This document shows positions 12,301 through 25,100 of a stretch of DNA of 64,000 nt, one piece after another. The notes beneath the pieces are model-generated. The model was not told the origin of the DNA. It worked only from the letters and a program-made list of their open reading frames with translations, and made no database searches. Position 1 is the first letter of the stretch; every line of letters starts with the position of its first letter. The DNA lies in the NCBI GenBank assembly GCA_001179505.1, contig CDMY01000840.1, positions 187,191-251,190 on the forward strand. The letters are read 5' to 3'. This stretch comes from Vitrella brassicaformis CCMP3155 (Eukaryota > Protista > Chromerida). A program made the translations under genes and the position numbers.

Positions 12301-13417
12301 GTCAGTGGGCTCCTGCGTCCGATTGCGATTGCCCGCCAACAAGAGGTCCATGACCTCGGCTGCACTGTCAGCGCTGAACTCGGAAATGCCTGCGACAGTG
12401 ATGCCCTTGACGGGGTCCTCTCGCACATCGAGGTAGTCGGATGACGGCTGCAGGAGGTCTCGGATGTTCTCGTTGTATATCTCAAGGAAGCTGCACTTGA
12501 CCTCGAAGCCACGCTCGTCGGTCTGTGAGTCCATCTGGGAGAAGAGGTCCTGCAGCGTCATGTACATGATGCCCGGCTCCTTGTAAGATCCCAGCATCGT
12601 GAAGGTCTTGCCAGCACCTGCAAATAAATGACTCCCCATGACGTACGTATACAGTGGTGCGGGCGGCACTGCCTGTCTCCGTGTCTCTGTCGGTCTACGT
12701 ACCTGTTGCCCCATAAGCGAAGACAGTTGCGTTGAATCCCTGCAGGACTCCGCTGATGAGGAAGTTGGTCGTGTTGTTGTACACTGTCCGCTGCGGAGTC
12801 GTCTCGTCAAAGACATGATCAAACGCATACCTACGCAGCCACCGACACACAAAAAGATAGACAAACATCAATCACATTGATGGAATGACCGCCTTCTTGA
12901 TTGTCTCCTCACCGTTTCTCCTTGGACCGGTTTTGCCTCAGCGCGTCGAGCACCGGCTGTCCGTGCTGATCTATCTGCCCTTGTGAAGGGTCGATGAGTA
13001 TCACCACTTTCCCGTCAATGATCCGCACCGCATGCTTCACGCCCTCCCTCACCTCCCGTGGCTGCAGCGGCCGGCACCGAACAGCCACCAGCACGTTTGA
13101 CTGACCCTTGCCCAGCTCGTCAACGTACTCATCTGCACCAATATACCCAACAGTGAAGCAAAGCACAAATGATACTGACAGCGAGACGCTCAGTGAGCCT
13201 TGTTGGTCGTCTCACCTGTTTCAATATCGCCGCTGGCCCCGTCAGGCTGCCATTCTCCGTGCTCGTCCGGTAAGGGACTGTCATTGCGAGGCTGCGAGTC
13301 GCTGCTACATGGCCGCTGCAGCATGGGAGAGGCGCCCTGCGGCAGCGCCTTGCCCTGCTTGGACTTGCTCTTCCACGGGACCTTCCTCCTCTCTTCGGTG
13401 TCCGGGTCACTCACCAT
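9382..13417 (-). CDS. Kinesin-8 family (KIF18/KIF19-like) motor with coiled-coil and low-complexity tail
   Basis: [31 protein letters not shown]|[107 protein letters not shown]|AKNIKTK. The tail model ends TADIYLR* at about 9382 and is less certain. Confidence 0.92.
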
Positions 13418-13613
13418 GTTGCTGACATGGGGGCCGATAAACAAAGAAATCGTGTGAGCAACGCGTCCGTTAGGTAAGGAAAGAGAACAACAGGGTGACG
13501 CTGACCCAAAATCACTCCCCGTCTCCAATTTGCGAGCTTCATTTGTAAACTCTTTTCTCCCCGGCACACACACAAAACGCGCACAAAACTCGTGGCGCAC
13601 GGCCGCATTGTCT

Positions 13614-15260
13614 CTATGTCCTCACAGGCTCGACGTCATATCCCGTCCCTTCCCACCAGTACTTCGGTGACGATTCTATCTTGCCCGTCAGCAGCTCATG
13701 CCCCACCCCGTCGTCAGTGATCAGAATGGTGTGCTCAAACTGGGCTGACCGCTTCCCGTCCTTGGTCGTCACCGTCCACTGATCGGGCCATGTGATGTAC
13801 TCGCCAGATCCTGTATGCAGTGCAGCCATGCACAAGACAACACTACACTGCTGGACAGACACCTGGCGCATCTGTTCGGGTGATGTCGGCTGACCTTCGT
13901 TGATCATAGGTTCGATGGTGAATGTGTGGCCCGGCCGCATCTCGCCGCGGACGCTGTTTGGGACGTGGTGGATCTCAGGCTGGTCGTGAAACATCCGGCC
14001 GATCCCGTGACCGCAAAACCCCGGAGTCGAATCGTACCCGTACGACCGAACGTACTCGTAGATGGTCTGCACACAGACAGACAACGGAGATTGGGAGCCG
14101 TTTGCGTGTGTCGCTTTTCTCAGCCCTGGCTCTCCGCTGACCTTTCCGATGTTCTTGTACGGTGTTCCCGGCTTGCAGAGCTTGATGGCCTCCTGCCAGG
14201 CATCATATGTGACCTTGACGAGCCTCCTGCCCTCCTCGTCAACACCATCGGGACTGCCGACCAGAAAAGTCTCAGAACAGTCACCGTGAAAACCTGACTC
14301 ACACACCCAGACAACACACCACACCGCCTGCAGGCATCTCTCTCGCATGTATCCCTCCCTGCCCGTCATATGTCCGCCTGACCCTCGAAGTAGGTGGTGA
14401 CGTCGACATTGACAATGTCGCCCTCGCACAGAACGGTGCTGTCGGGGATGCCGTGGCAGATGACCTCATTGGCAGACGTGCACACGCTTTTCGGGAACCC
14501 GCGGTAGCCCAGGGGCGAGGGGTAGGCGTTCCGCTCTATCGCTGCCTCGTGCACTAGCGCATCAATCTCGTCGGTTGTCACGCCCGGCTGCACAGCCCTG
14601 CCGGCGATGTCCAGCACCTCACGGGCTATGCGACCTACAGACACACCACACAGAGGGAGGGAGGGAGGGATAGAGAGGTGACTTACACGAATGAACCGTA
14701 GGTAGATACACCATCCATCCGTGCTGCTTCGGCTCACCTGCCCGCCTCATGCCCTCAATCTCTTCAGGGCTCTTCTGCGGTATCCACCCCAGAATGTTCT
14801 TGACCGGCGGCAGCCCACCCACATAATCAGGACGAGGGATCTCCCGTGGCACTTCCCTCCTCGGCGACAACTTGCCCGGCCGCAGTCCACCCGAGAAGCG
14901 AAAGCCGCCATGCACAGCCTTCGACGAGTCGCTTCTCGCACTTTTTGGCTTCTTCTTCTTGACCACTTTGGTCTCTGCGCCGAAGCCGATGCCGCTCGCG
15001 GTTGCGCCGCCCTGCCTGGCCCTGAGCTGATGCAGGGATGGTCTGGGGGAGGAGAGTTGAGGGGAAAGGGGAATGAATGCACACGCTGAGGGGATGGCTA
15101 GGGTGCAGATGACAAAGCCAGATAGAGGAAAGACGGAAGTGCGGCTCCTGTGCCGGTGGGAGGACCTTCTCGGCCTTTCTGGAGGCTCATCTGCTTCAGC
15201 AGCTGCACAACTTGGCTCCTTTCGCTGCATGGTCGGCTCACGCGGACGCTGCAGCTCCAT
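13614..15260 (-). CDS. MAP1: Methionine aminopeptidase type 1, probably plastid-targeted
   Basis: [78 protein letters not shown]. The N-terminus has a hydrophobic segment [18 protein letters not shown]|FIP followed by a Ser/Arg-rich transit-like stretch. First true ATG is 15260 (the ORF-track start at 15275 is TTG). Confidence 0.93.
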
Positions 15261-15412
15261 CTTGGCTCCAGGCAAAGGGCGAGCTCAGACGCGAGCTGAG
15301 AATTTTGGCCAGCGCCGGAAAGACCTCCAAATCCGTCGCCGCTTATTGGTGTGCCCCAGGGATACGTTCGTGCCCGTATAGACCCTGTACCACTCATCGC
15401 TCAAGCCGGAGG

Positions 15413-16999
15413 ATGCGTGTCGCCGTTGTTCTTCCGCTCCTCGCCCTCCTCTCGCCGGCATCTGCCATCCATCAATATGCATCCCATTTCATCCCCACAG
15501 AGGGCGGCAGCGGCCTTAAACTGTCGTTCAGCCACCACAAGACCACCCAGCTCACCGACAATGAGAAGGAGGCAACCTTTCTGAGCGACTCATTTCCAGT
15601 GGGACCGGGCGATGTGCTCAACACCAACCCGCTTCATGTGCCTGTGGCGATGCCTGAGGGCCCGATTGCGGTGCGAGGGATGTGGGGTGAGGTGGTCGAT
15701 GACAAGAACGTGAGCGTGCCGCTGTCCGAGGTGTGTCAAGGCCACACACACTCACTCACTCACACACACACATATGCAGCCGAGGGTGTGTGTGTGCGTC
15801 TTCAGGTCTACCTTCACCACTTCCTCATCTACTTTGCGGCGAAGGGCGAGAAGCTCAACTTCACTAAGGTCTTGGCAGTGGGCGCCGAAACCAGAGGTAA
15901 GGGTCAGATCAGCTGTCGGTGTGTCGGTCTGTCATTGCCAACTGGGTGTGCCTTACGTGTGACTTACTTACTTGTGCATCTCATCTGCCTGATGTGTGTG
16001 TACATTGCAGGTACCCCTATCTTCAGTTTGAAGGCCCCCTACGCATTCACGACCACGGGCGACGAGAGCTGGTACCTGAACGTCCACATCTTGCGGACCG
16101 ACAACGTCACCAATGTTCCGGCATGCATCCAGTGCCGCTGCGCCCCTGACGGTCGCCACGGCTCGCTTCTCTGCTGCCAGGACGGCACGCACTGCCACAC
16201 CTCCTTCGACCCGTTCGTGACGGCCAACGACACCGACCCCTTCGATGACCCCACCTACTGCCCGGATTGCAACTCCAACCCCAAAGACATCTTCGGTCCG
16301 CCCATCCGCAACTTCATCCCTCGGCCAGCCGCCAAGCACTACCGCATACGGTATGTGGTGCGCTACGCCGACCTCACGGCCGACGTCAAGCCCGTCCGTC
16401 TCCTTGGCATGGACGCCGTGCACGGCAAGGTCGAGTACAATGTCTACCCATGCGCCAAGGCCGCTGGAGGTGCGTCAGCTCCGAGTGGACCTCTTGCCGT
16501 CATGAAGCAGCGCCGGCTGCTTGCTGAGGACGCCTCGTGTGTTGACGTCAAGGAGCAGACGGCTGTTGTCAATGACAATTTTGAGATCGTGGAGCTCCGC
16601 GGCCACATGCACGTGGGCGCCATCAACGCAACCTTCACCGCCTTTCACGACACGGCCGAGCAGTGGCGGTGCGAGATGCGCGTGCTGTACGGCAGCACCG
16701 AGAGCAAGGCCGGCGACGAGGCGGGTTACGTCACGGGCATTTCGCCATGCTCCTACCATAACGGCGAGCGGCTGGTGAAGACAGGCGATAGGCTGCACTT
16801 CACGGCGCGCTACAAGAGGGACAAGCACTACGCCGGCGTGATGGGAGGGCTGTTCATGACGGCGCACTTCCCCGGCGACCCCTTCGCATCGACAGTGGGC
16901 TACTGGCAGGACCGGGCGCTGACCCCGCTCAAGGATGACCAAGATGACGGGCTGGAGGCCGTGCCTGCCGATGCACCGATCAACGAATACCGTGTCTGA
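15413..16999 (+). CDS. Secreted SURNod19-family / copper type II monooxygenase-like protein
   Basis: Signal peptide [18 protein letters not shown]. SURNod19-type motifs PLSE|[26 protein letters not shown] and [12 protein letters not shown]; C-terminal [10 protein letters not shown] and HYAGVMG. Predicted introns 15731-15805 and 15897-16010. Confidence 0.75.
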   Translation: MRVAVVLPLLALLSPASAIHQYASHFIPTEGGSGLKLSFSHHKTTQLTDNEKEATFLSDSFPVGPGDVLNTNPLHVPVAMPEGPIAVRGMWGEVVDDKNVSVPLSEVCQGHTHSLTHTHTYAAEGVCVRLQVYLHHFLIYFAAKGEKLNFTKVLAVGAETRGKGQISCRCVGLSLPTGCALRVTYLLVHLICLMCVYIAGTPIFSLKAPYAFTTTGDESWYLNVHILRTDNVTNVPACIQCRCAPDGRHGSLLCCQDGTHCHTSFDPFVTANDTDPFDDPTYCPDCNSNPKDIFGPPIRNFIPRPAAKHYRIRYVVRYADLTADVKPVRLLGMDAVHGKVEYNVYPCAKAAGGASAPSGPLAVMKQRRLLAEDASCVDVKEQTAVVNDNFEIVELRGHMHVGAINATFTAFHDTAEQWRCEMRVLYGSTESKAGDEAGYVTGISPCSYHNGERLVKTGDRLHFTARYKRDKHYAGVMGGLFMTAHFPGDPFASTVGYWQDRALTPLKDDQDDGLEAVPADAPINEYRV

Positions 17000-17784
17000 G
17001 CCAATCAGTGTGGCTGTGGGAGAGACGGCACATGCATTGCAGAGATGTGCGTTTGGCCGGCGGTTCGATTGGCTTTGGGTGGGCGAGTGGGTTGATGCAT
17101 TTCGTGATCTTTTTGCGTCCGTCTGCCTCTCGCCACAATCGTGACTGGGAGGGGGAGACGAGCGTTGCTGGCCGACTGGCCGACGGCCAGTCGGCGGCCT
17201 AATTGGGTGCCGTGACCTGGCTGCAGTTGTGTGGGCGCGTTGTGTACACAGATGGATGTGTGTGTTGTATGGCCAGGCAGGCTCGTAGCAGAGGAGGGGG
17301 TTCGTGTGAGCGCCTTTTGATCAAGTAGGATGGTTTTTGGGTAGTTTTCGTGTGTGTGGGTGTGTGTGTGGTTGAGTGTGTGTATGTGTGTTGGTGTCAA
17401 AGACGGGCTATCAATGAATGACACAAAAGCATTTGAAAGGCGCATTCACATCTGGTTGGCTCGCGGCTGTCACGATAGACCAACTCCCCAGTCCGTCGAC
17501 ATCGTGTGGTTGCAGAGGTATATATATTACACATACGCACACGCTGCCCATTCATCTTGTTGCTTGAGTTGGCGTGCTGATGCCCCCATCGGCAACGGTG
17601 GTCATGCACAGCGATGTTTGCGGTGCAGGACCGGCATTACCCACAGGGGCATCAGCAGCATCCAACCACAGCACGGCAGGAGGGAAGAGTTCAATCCATA
17701 ACATTGGGAAAGGTATCTATCTACACAAAGCTGCCACAAGACAGTCTCTCAGCTAGCAAACACACGGGGAGAGAAACTCTTCCG

Positions 17785-18383
17785 TCACCTGCACAGACAG
17801 CATCACACACCAGCACCACCATAAAAGAGACACGACACGAACACCCATGAGACGCCCTCTGTCCCCACACAGCTCCCTCCCCTGTCACCCACCGTCGTGG
17901 CAGCATCTTGCGGCTGACGCATGTCTTCTCGTTGTGCTCCTCGGCGCACCGCATCGAGCACACAAAGGCCTGGCGGCAGTTGATGCACCGGTACTTGGCG
18001 AAGAAGTAACACACGGTGCAGAACCGCCGGGGAGGCAACAAGGACGGCTCCACACTCAGATCCACAAACAGCTGAGCCCTGACAACACCACACGACAAGC
18101 AGAGCGAGTGTGAGATGAAAGATGCTCATGCGACTCACGCACACACACACCCGCGATCTGACTATGGTTGTCACCTGTCCTTGTCTTCCTGCTCCTCCGT
18201 GAAGATGTCAGCGAGTGTCCGCTTGTCATCGTCGCCCTTCCGCCGGACCACAGGCCCTTTGGCGCCTCCCGTGCCGCTGCCTTTCCTCTCGCCGGCGCCT
18301 CTCCCGCCGCCCTTGCGGCGTTTCTTCGGGGCCTCGTCCTCATACTCGTCCTCAGAGTCGTCATCAAAGCGATTCTTGGGCAT
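17785..18383 (-). CDS. Zinc finger HIT protein, ZNHIT1/Swc6/Vps71-like (SWR1/SRCAP complex)
   Basis: MPKNRFDDDSEDEYEDEAPKKRRK..., then LSVEPSLLPPRRFCTVCYFFAKYRCINCRQAFVCSMRCAEEHNEKTC. This is the P-S-x-x-P-P-R-x-F-C-x-V-C HIT finger pattern of Swc6/ZNHIT1. Confidence 0.8.
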
Positions 18384-18444
18384 TTTCGCGCCCTTCTCGT
18401 GCGAGCTGAGCCAGATCTGCGAGCTTAGCCTCGAAGAAGGAAAG
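18384..18444. promoter_or_regulatory. Very short bidirectional promoter region (ZNHIT1/RBM34) with two GCGAGCTNAG motifs
   Basis: 61 bp separate the divergent ATGs; GCGAGCTGAG at 18401 and GCGAGCTTAG at 18419. Confidence 0.55.
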
Positions 18445-20108
18445 ATGAAGCGGAAGGAGATCAGTTCTGATGCTGCTGATGGATCCACCACACAGGTGGA
18501 TGATGAAGGCCGGCACGCCAACCTGACACCCGCAGGGAAGAGGAAGGTGCGGCATGTGGCACACTCAGCGACGGATGACTATCAGCCCGGCTTCCTCTCG
18601 TCACTCCTGAGCGGCACGAGCGGAGATGAGCCGCTGAAGAACAAAAAGAAGGCCAAAGAGCCCCGGGATGCCGCAACCGGAGAGCATGCAATGAGTGCAG
18701 TGACGGCTCTGTTCGCACGCCCATCCGCCCCCCTTCCCGCACCAATTGCGCCGCCCACTGACTTACTAGGTGACTCACTCAATCAGCCTGAGAAGCCGCC
18801 CGAGAAGATCATGAAGAAGAACGCGAAGAAGAAGCAGCAGAAGACAAAGGGTGAGGGTGGCAAGGGTGACGATGACTCTGAGAGGGACTCAAGGACACTC
18901 TTCGTCGGCAATGTGCCGCTCAATGTCAAGAAAGACAAGGTGCTGGACGCTCTGGGTGTCGGAAAGCCGGATGTTGAATCGGTGAGAGTGACTTACGAGT
19001 GTGTTCACTCGAGCTCTGGGGTGTCTGTGACATTCACTGTGTGGGTATGCTATGCTTGCCGTTTCAGCTTCGTTTTCGGTCGGTGCCTGTCTCCCCCAAG
19101 TGGATGAACCAGAGGAAGGCGGGAGTTATCAAGAAAGAATATGCGGTCACGGCACGTCGTGACACACACAAGGGGCCCGAACGAAATTATGCTTCCAATT
19201 GCGTGTGTGTGTGTGTGTCTATCAGGGTACGGCCGGCAGCCAGGTGGCGTATGTTGTGTTCCGGGAGAAGGAGGGGCTTGAGGAGTTCCTGCAGCGTAGG
19301 GATGACATTGAGCTGAGCGGCCATCTCCTGCGGCTCGACCGGGCAGACAGCGGCAGCGCATTCAGCGTAGGATAGCAACGACAGTGACAGATGTGTCCAC
19401 ACGTATGTATCTAGATGGTCTCTCCCCGTTCCCTTCTGTGTCGTGCTCACGCACGCAGAAATTCGACCGGAAACGAAGTGTTTTTGTGGGCGGTCTGCCT
19501 CGTGAAGCGCAGGAGGATGATGTGCGTCAGCATTTCTCCCAAGTTGGGCCTGTCAAGGGTGAGTGACGGACACGAGCATGCCACGAAAGACATGACAATA
19601 CGTGCTGCCTTTTGTGTCATTTCAGCGGTTCGCATCATTCGCGACAAGGCGACCTTCATGTGCAAGGGCATTGGCTTTGTTCACTTCGCCGACCGATCAC
19701 ACGTCGTCAAGGCCATACAGCAGCTGCACCAACAGCCATTCGGCCCATTGGTGAGCTCTGGAATACACCAGCCGCGTGTCATCCTTCTCTGTGCGCTGCT
19801 CCTTCTCTGTGTCATCCTTTCTTCAGGAGCGGCCACTGCGGGTGACGAAGGTCTTGACAGAGGAGGCGGCGAAATTGCAGAAGGAGCAGACCAGCATGAG
19901 GAAACCTGGCAAGAGGAAGGCGGCTCGTGCGGCCCCCAAAGTGCACCCAGCAGAGCGGCGCATACAGAAGAAATTGCCGGTCGGTGTGGGCAAGGTGGAG
20001 GGGAGGGAGGGCGCACGTGCAACCACGATGAAAAAGGCTAGGAGTATGATGGATCGCTGGAAGAAAAGGGCAAAGGGAAAGGGTTCTGTGAGGAAGCAAG
20101 CCAAGTGA
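18445..20108 (+). CDS. RBM34: Nucleolar two-RRM protein, RBM34/Nop12-like
   Basis: RDSRTLFVGNVP, ESVR|FRSVP (RBM34 signature), VAYVVF, KRSVFVGGLP, AVRIIRDKATFMCKGIGFVHF, and a Lys-rich tail ending KQAK*. Confidence 0.88.
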
Positions 20109-20203
20109 GTGAGTGACTGAGTGAGGGAGTAGGCTGCTGTGTACATGTGTACAGTGAGACGTCCTTGTGTCCGACAAATGCATTTCGATTCCATTGCAAT
20201 GCA

Positions 20204-21949
20204 TCAAGCCACATCCTCTCCATCCCTATCTCGATGATAAGCCGCAAGGATGTCGTCCAGGTCCTGCCGCCACCTGCGCGCACATTCCATCCACGCAAAT
20301 CGACATTGTACAGCCGCACCCCACCCCCCCCGCTCACCTGCTTATCTTCCATGCCGGCTTCAAATCGACGTCGGTCTGATCGATCAACAAATCAAAACAC
20401 ATACTCATGGGCCAGTAGCCCGTCAGTGAGCACATGCGCGTCTCTCACTTCATGCTGTTCCTTACCACCATCACACGATACCACACCTCTATGTCTCCAC
20501 TCTGATACGGCACTCGCTGATACCGCCGACTTGTCAGTGCGTCACGAAGCGACTCGTCGCTCTCCGGCGTGACAGCAAGGTTCACCATCAAGCTGACGTC
20601 CATAAAAGTCCGAGCCATAAGGTACCGAGCCACCCATTCCACAGCCGCACTGCTCGAGGTGGGCGTCCGGACAATCGCCTGGCCGGCTTGATGATGTCGG
20701 TATTGCAGTGTGTTCCAGCCATTGTCTGCGTGAGGGAGGACGTCAGAGGGACTCACAACTGTGAGCAGCCCCGGGAGATCAGTTTGTGATGCATTGAAGA
20801 AGGAGAGGACCGCCTGAAGGACAGGCAACATCAATCACTCGACACATCAACGTGCCGATGTCTCACCTGGTCGTATATAGCCGCAGCTTCTTCAGAGTCC
20901 CCAGGGTCTACTTTCTGCCTGTCCTCCTCGGTCATGCTCGCGTAGACGTCCTCGGCTGTCTTTTGCTGCCCCGCGCCCCAAGATTGAGCTGCCAGAAGCC
21001 CAACCAAGAGGTCGCCGACCAGAGGCGGCGTCTCTCCCTCCCCCGCAAAGATCGGCGTCAGCACATCCAGCAGGAACTGCCGTTTCTCGCCTGGGATACT
21101 TGCTTGATGTTCTGAGGACTGTTGGCCCTTCCGTCTTTCGTTGAAGTATCGGAAGTTATTGCGCGGCACGTCCATGATGGCCATCAGGGCACGTTGAAAG
21201 CGCGAAGCGTCCAAAGAGTGGAAATCTGCCGGATTATAGGCACTTCTTTGGGCGAATCGAGGGTCCGGATTGGCCTTCTCCTTCATGACGAAACGAGTCG
21301 GCAGATTCTCGACATCGACCAGGCCGCACTTGGGCTTGATCTCGAGAGAGATGATCTGTACGCTCTCGGCGTCACGAGGGAGGGAAGACGTGGCAAGGTC
21401 CTCTTCCTGCATCCATCCAAACATACATACCATGGGGGGTGCGGGTATCTATAGCCAGTGCGACAGATAGCTCCCTGCAGACACCTGTTTGTCTGTCTGT
21501 CTGTCTGTCTGCAGACCTGCGTGGCTTCAATGTAGTCGTCGTGTCCAAGGGACAATACTCCCGGCTCTCCCTCTTGCAGTCGGTGGGCAGGTCTGTGTGT
21601 TTCTGCCCGAGCAAACAGGGCACTCACGAAAGGAATCGGGAGACGGACAACCTTGCTGTCGTACGAGTAGCGGGGCGTCAGGAGGGCCCTCGAGAGACCA
21701 ACTAGGTGCCGCTTGGCGCGGGCGACTCGGGGGTGCTTCTTTGGGACCCGCAGGACGCAGCCCCTGAAAGGATGAGAATCAGAGCCGCGGAACCCGAACA
21801 CAACTGAAGGAAGCAGAAAGGCCCATGTAAGAGAGAGCTCCGTGCGTGTGTGCGAGTGTGAAAGCCGTCTGCGTACCGTGCAGGCCGCCTTCTGCGATGT
21901 ATTGCCAGTCCTCCGGTGTGAGGTCGTCCTCCGGTGTGAGGTCCGACAT
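20204..21949 (-). CDS. IPK1: Inositol-pentakisphosphate 2-kinase
   Basis: MSDLTPEDDLTPEDWQYIAEGGLH|VVFGFRG...GCVLRVPKK, ISLEIKPKCG, YNPADFHS...PRNNFRYF, RYLMARTFMDVSLMV, YRVMV|TDVDLKP. All IPK1 motifs appear in order; ends DGEDVA*. Confidence 0.85.
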
Positions 21950-22153
21950 GACATGAGGGTCTGTGACGCTGAGACGTACGTGTACGCAACTGCGGTGCCA
22001 AGAATAGACACTGTCTCGGGTGTCAGATTAGTGCGACAACCTGCCGTTGACCGTTAGATACAAGACACATTTTTTGATACGTCCCATGCAATATATATGT
22101 CACATCTCATCAGTCCTCATTCAGCACAAACACATGCACACCCCCGTCGTCAG

Positions 22154-25100
22154 CTAGGCGGCCACCGGAGCGCTCGGCTGGGATGGGACAGATGGCGGCT
22201 GTGCGGCCTCACCCGGTCCGCTCCCCCTTCGGGGGGCCAGCTGCTGCAGCCGCTCCATTGTATTCACAGATAGCGAAAAATGAGACAACCTGCCGCAACA
22301 TACGCAGGACAACAAGCCGTCGATCGATGCAACCTGGCGTGTGTTTGCGGGTGGGTTTGCCGAGTCACTCACCTCTGAATATCCCTGAGTAGCGACTGGA
22401 AGAGTTGGTTGGCGCCGATCTCGTATTGTTGGATGGGCGTCACCACACTGTCCTGCCGCCGACCCGCACTTGCTGACAGCAGCCGCACGTTGATGCTCTC
22501 TTTCAGGTAACCCAACCGCTGCAGATGCTCGGCCCAGTGGCGGTCGAAGCGGGCCAATGCGCAACTCACAAACGCCTACCGACACGCAACACAACACGAC
22601 AGATGCATACACCGACACGACAGACGTGCAGTAGCCTAGCCGGCTGTGTGTGTGTGTGTTGATGGTATTGTGTGTACGTTAGCGAAGAGCCCCGGTCGTA
22701 TCTGCTCCAGCTGGTCTTTCCGTGCAGTGACACTCGCCTTGCTCGCGGCCTTAAGGTCGGCCACCAGCTCGGTGACGCCCCCATCCCGCCGCACAGACTC
22801 TGTCGAAAAGGACTCACCGAACACCCTGCACCCACGCAGATAGACATGCCACTGTGAGTGGTCATGGTACAATCAACAGGTTCGGTGTCCCTCTGTTACT
22901 TTTGGAGCTTCTCTAGTATGGCTGGTCCGTTGACCTGCCCGTCGGCACTCGTGAACTCCTCCACTGTCAGCTCCACAGCGGTGTTGGCGAACTGTGTGGC
23001 GATGTCGAGGACCTCACCGTCGTCAGCCTTGAGCACCCGCCGCCTTAGGCCATAGATCTCCTGCCGCTGGCTCACCATCGGACGGTCGAACTCAAACACG
23101 CGCTTACGGATGTCGCGGAAATACTCCTCAGCAGCTGCACTCACTCATACACGCACAGCCCATGCCATGAGCGGGTGATGGATGATGCCCATGTCGTTGG
23201 GTGGCTGGCTGACCTCTTTGTACGTTGTTGAGTGACTCCGTGACCTGGTTTGACTCGATCGGGATGTCATCGCCGATCTTGAAGGTCGACATCAGCCCGC
23301 TCAGCTTGTCGCCACCAAAGATGCGGAAAATGTCGTCCTCAACAGAGAGGAAAAATCGTGATGCACCGAGGTCCCCCTGTCGCCCTGACCGGCCCCGCAG
23401 CTGATTGTCGATACGGCGTGACTCATGCCGCTGGGTGCCGATAACGTACAGCCCGCCCAGCCGCCTGACCTCCTCTTGCTCGTTCTCAAGAGCGGTCTGG
23501 AATGTCTCCTTGATCTGCTCGAAGGCGCCCCTGGCTGCCAGGACGAGGTCGTCCTGTGTGGGCAGCTGGTCGGCGGCCATAGCCATGAGGTCGTCGAGGG
23601 CTCTCTCGGACATGGTGCCATCACCCCTGGCCCTGAGCTCCTCAGTCAGGTCCCCCACCGCCGCCAGCAGCTCCTCATCCAACGGGGCGGGGTAAAAGCC
23701 CTCTTTCACCTCGACGGGCTGCTGTGTCCGGTTCTGTGAGGCGCCTTCGGGCAACGGAATGGCGTCTCGCAGAAGGGACCGCAGCTTGAGGCTGGCCATG
23801 GCGGCGGGGTTGCCGCCTAGAATGATGTCGGTGCCTCTGCCCGCCATGTTGGTGGCGACCGTCACCTTACCCTTGCGGCCCGCCTGTGCGATGACCTGCG
23901 CCTCCCGCTCCACGCTGTCGGGTCTGGCGTTGAGCACCTGTGCGTCGATGCCGCTCTCGACCAAGGCCGCCTGAATCTTCTCCGAGAGATCCACCGATGT
24001 CGTCCCTGCACACACACAGGTGGACCTACGTACGTGACCTTGTATCTTGCGTTTTTCGTCGAAGAGCATACCGATGAGTATGGGTCTTCCTGTCCTGTGT
24101 GCCCTGTCGACCTCCTTGAGCATGGCGTTGAGCTTGGCCTCGACCGTCTTGAAGACGGCATCGGGGTAGTCACGACGGGCTAAAGTCACAAGAAGCAGGC
24201 AGCAACATTCGTGGTCGCATCAAAGAATGGCTTAGCCCAGTCAGTGTCCGTTGTCCATCCACTTACCGACGGGCAGCGCTGTTGGGATGGGCATGACTTC
24301 TAGACCGTAGAAGTCAAGGAACTCCTGCACACGACGCGACCACAATATGCATGCGCGGGTGTGTCTCGGTGGCTGGATGGGTGAGCACCTTTGCGTCGGT
24401 GAATGCAGTGCCGGTCATGCCAGCGAGCCGCGGGAAGAGCCTGAACAGCGACTGGTACGTCACACTCGCTATCTCCTGGGGGCGCACACCGACGCACACA
24501 CACACACACACACGACCAGCGTATGCCCACAGATCCATCTTGGCATTCATCGCTCAGATCTGACCTGTGTTTCTCCCGAAACGGCTACGCCCTCCTTGGC
24601 CTCGATGCTCTGCTGGATGCCGTCGGTGTACCGCCGACCTGCAGCACACACGCGCAAGTGAGTGAGGGGCCTCCCTCCGCGAACGTCGCTTGGGTGCTCG
24701 TGATGTGCCAATGTTCGTACGTACCTTCGAGAATGCGGCCTGTGAATGAGTCGACAATCGACACTCGACCGTCCCTGGCAGGGGGGTGACAGGAGGGAGG
24801 CGCAGGGAGGGGTGTTCGGGTGGGTGTTGATGTGGCTGTGTGGGGTGTGAGAGGGGAAGGGGGACGGTCTGTCTGACTTACTCGACGATGTATTGCTGGT
24901 CCTTTTGGAAGAGCTCTTTGGCCTTGATGGCGTTGACGACGAAGTACACCCAGTTCTCAGAGGGATCGTACGGCTCCATGCCCAGAATGTCAGCCAAATT
25001 CTGACGATCGCCATACACACACGACGGCTCTAGACAGATGCAAGGGCATGGCGTGCTCCGTGTCTGACCTCTAGTCCATCGTCGGTGAGGAACGCCGTCT

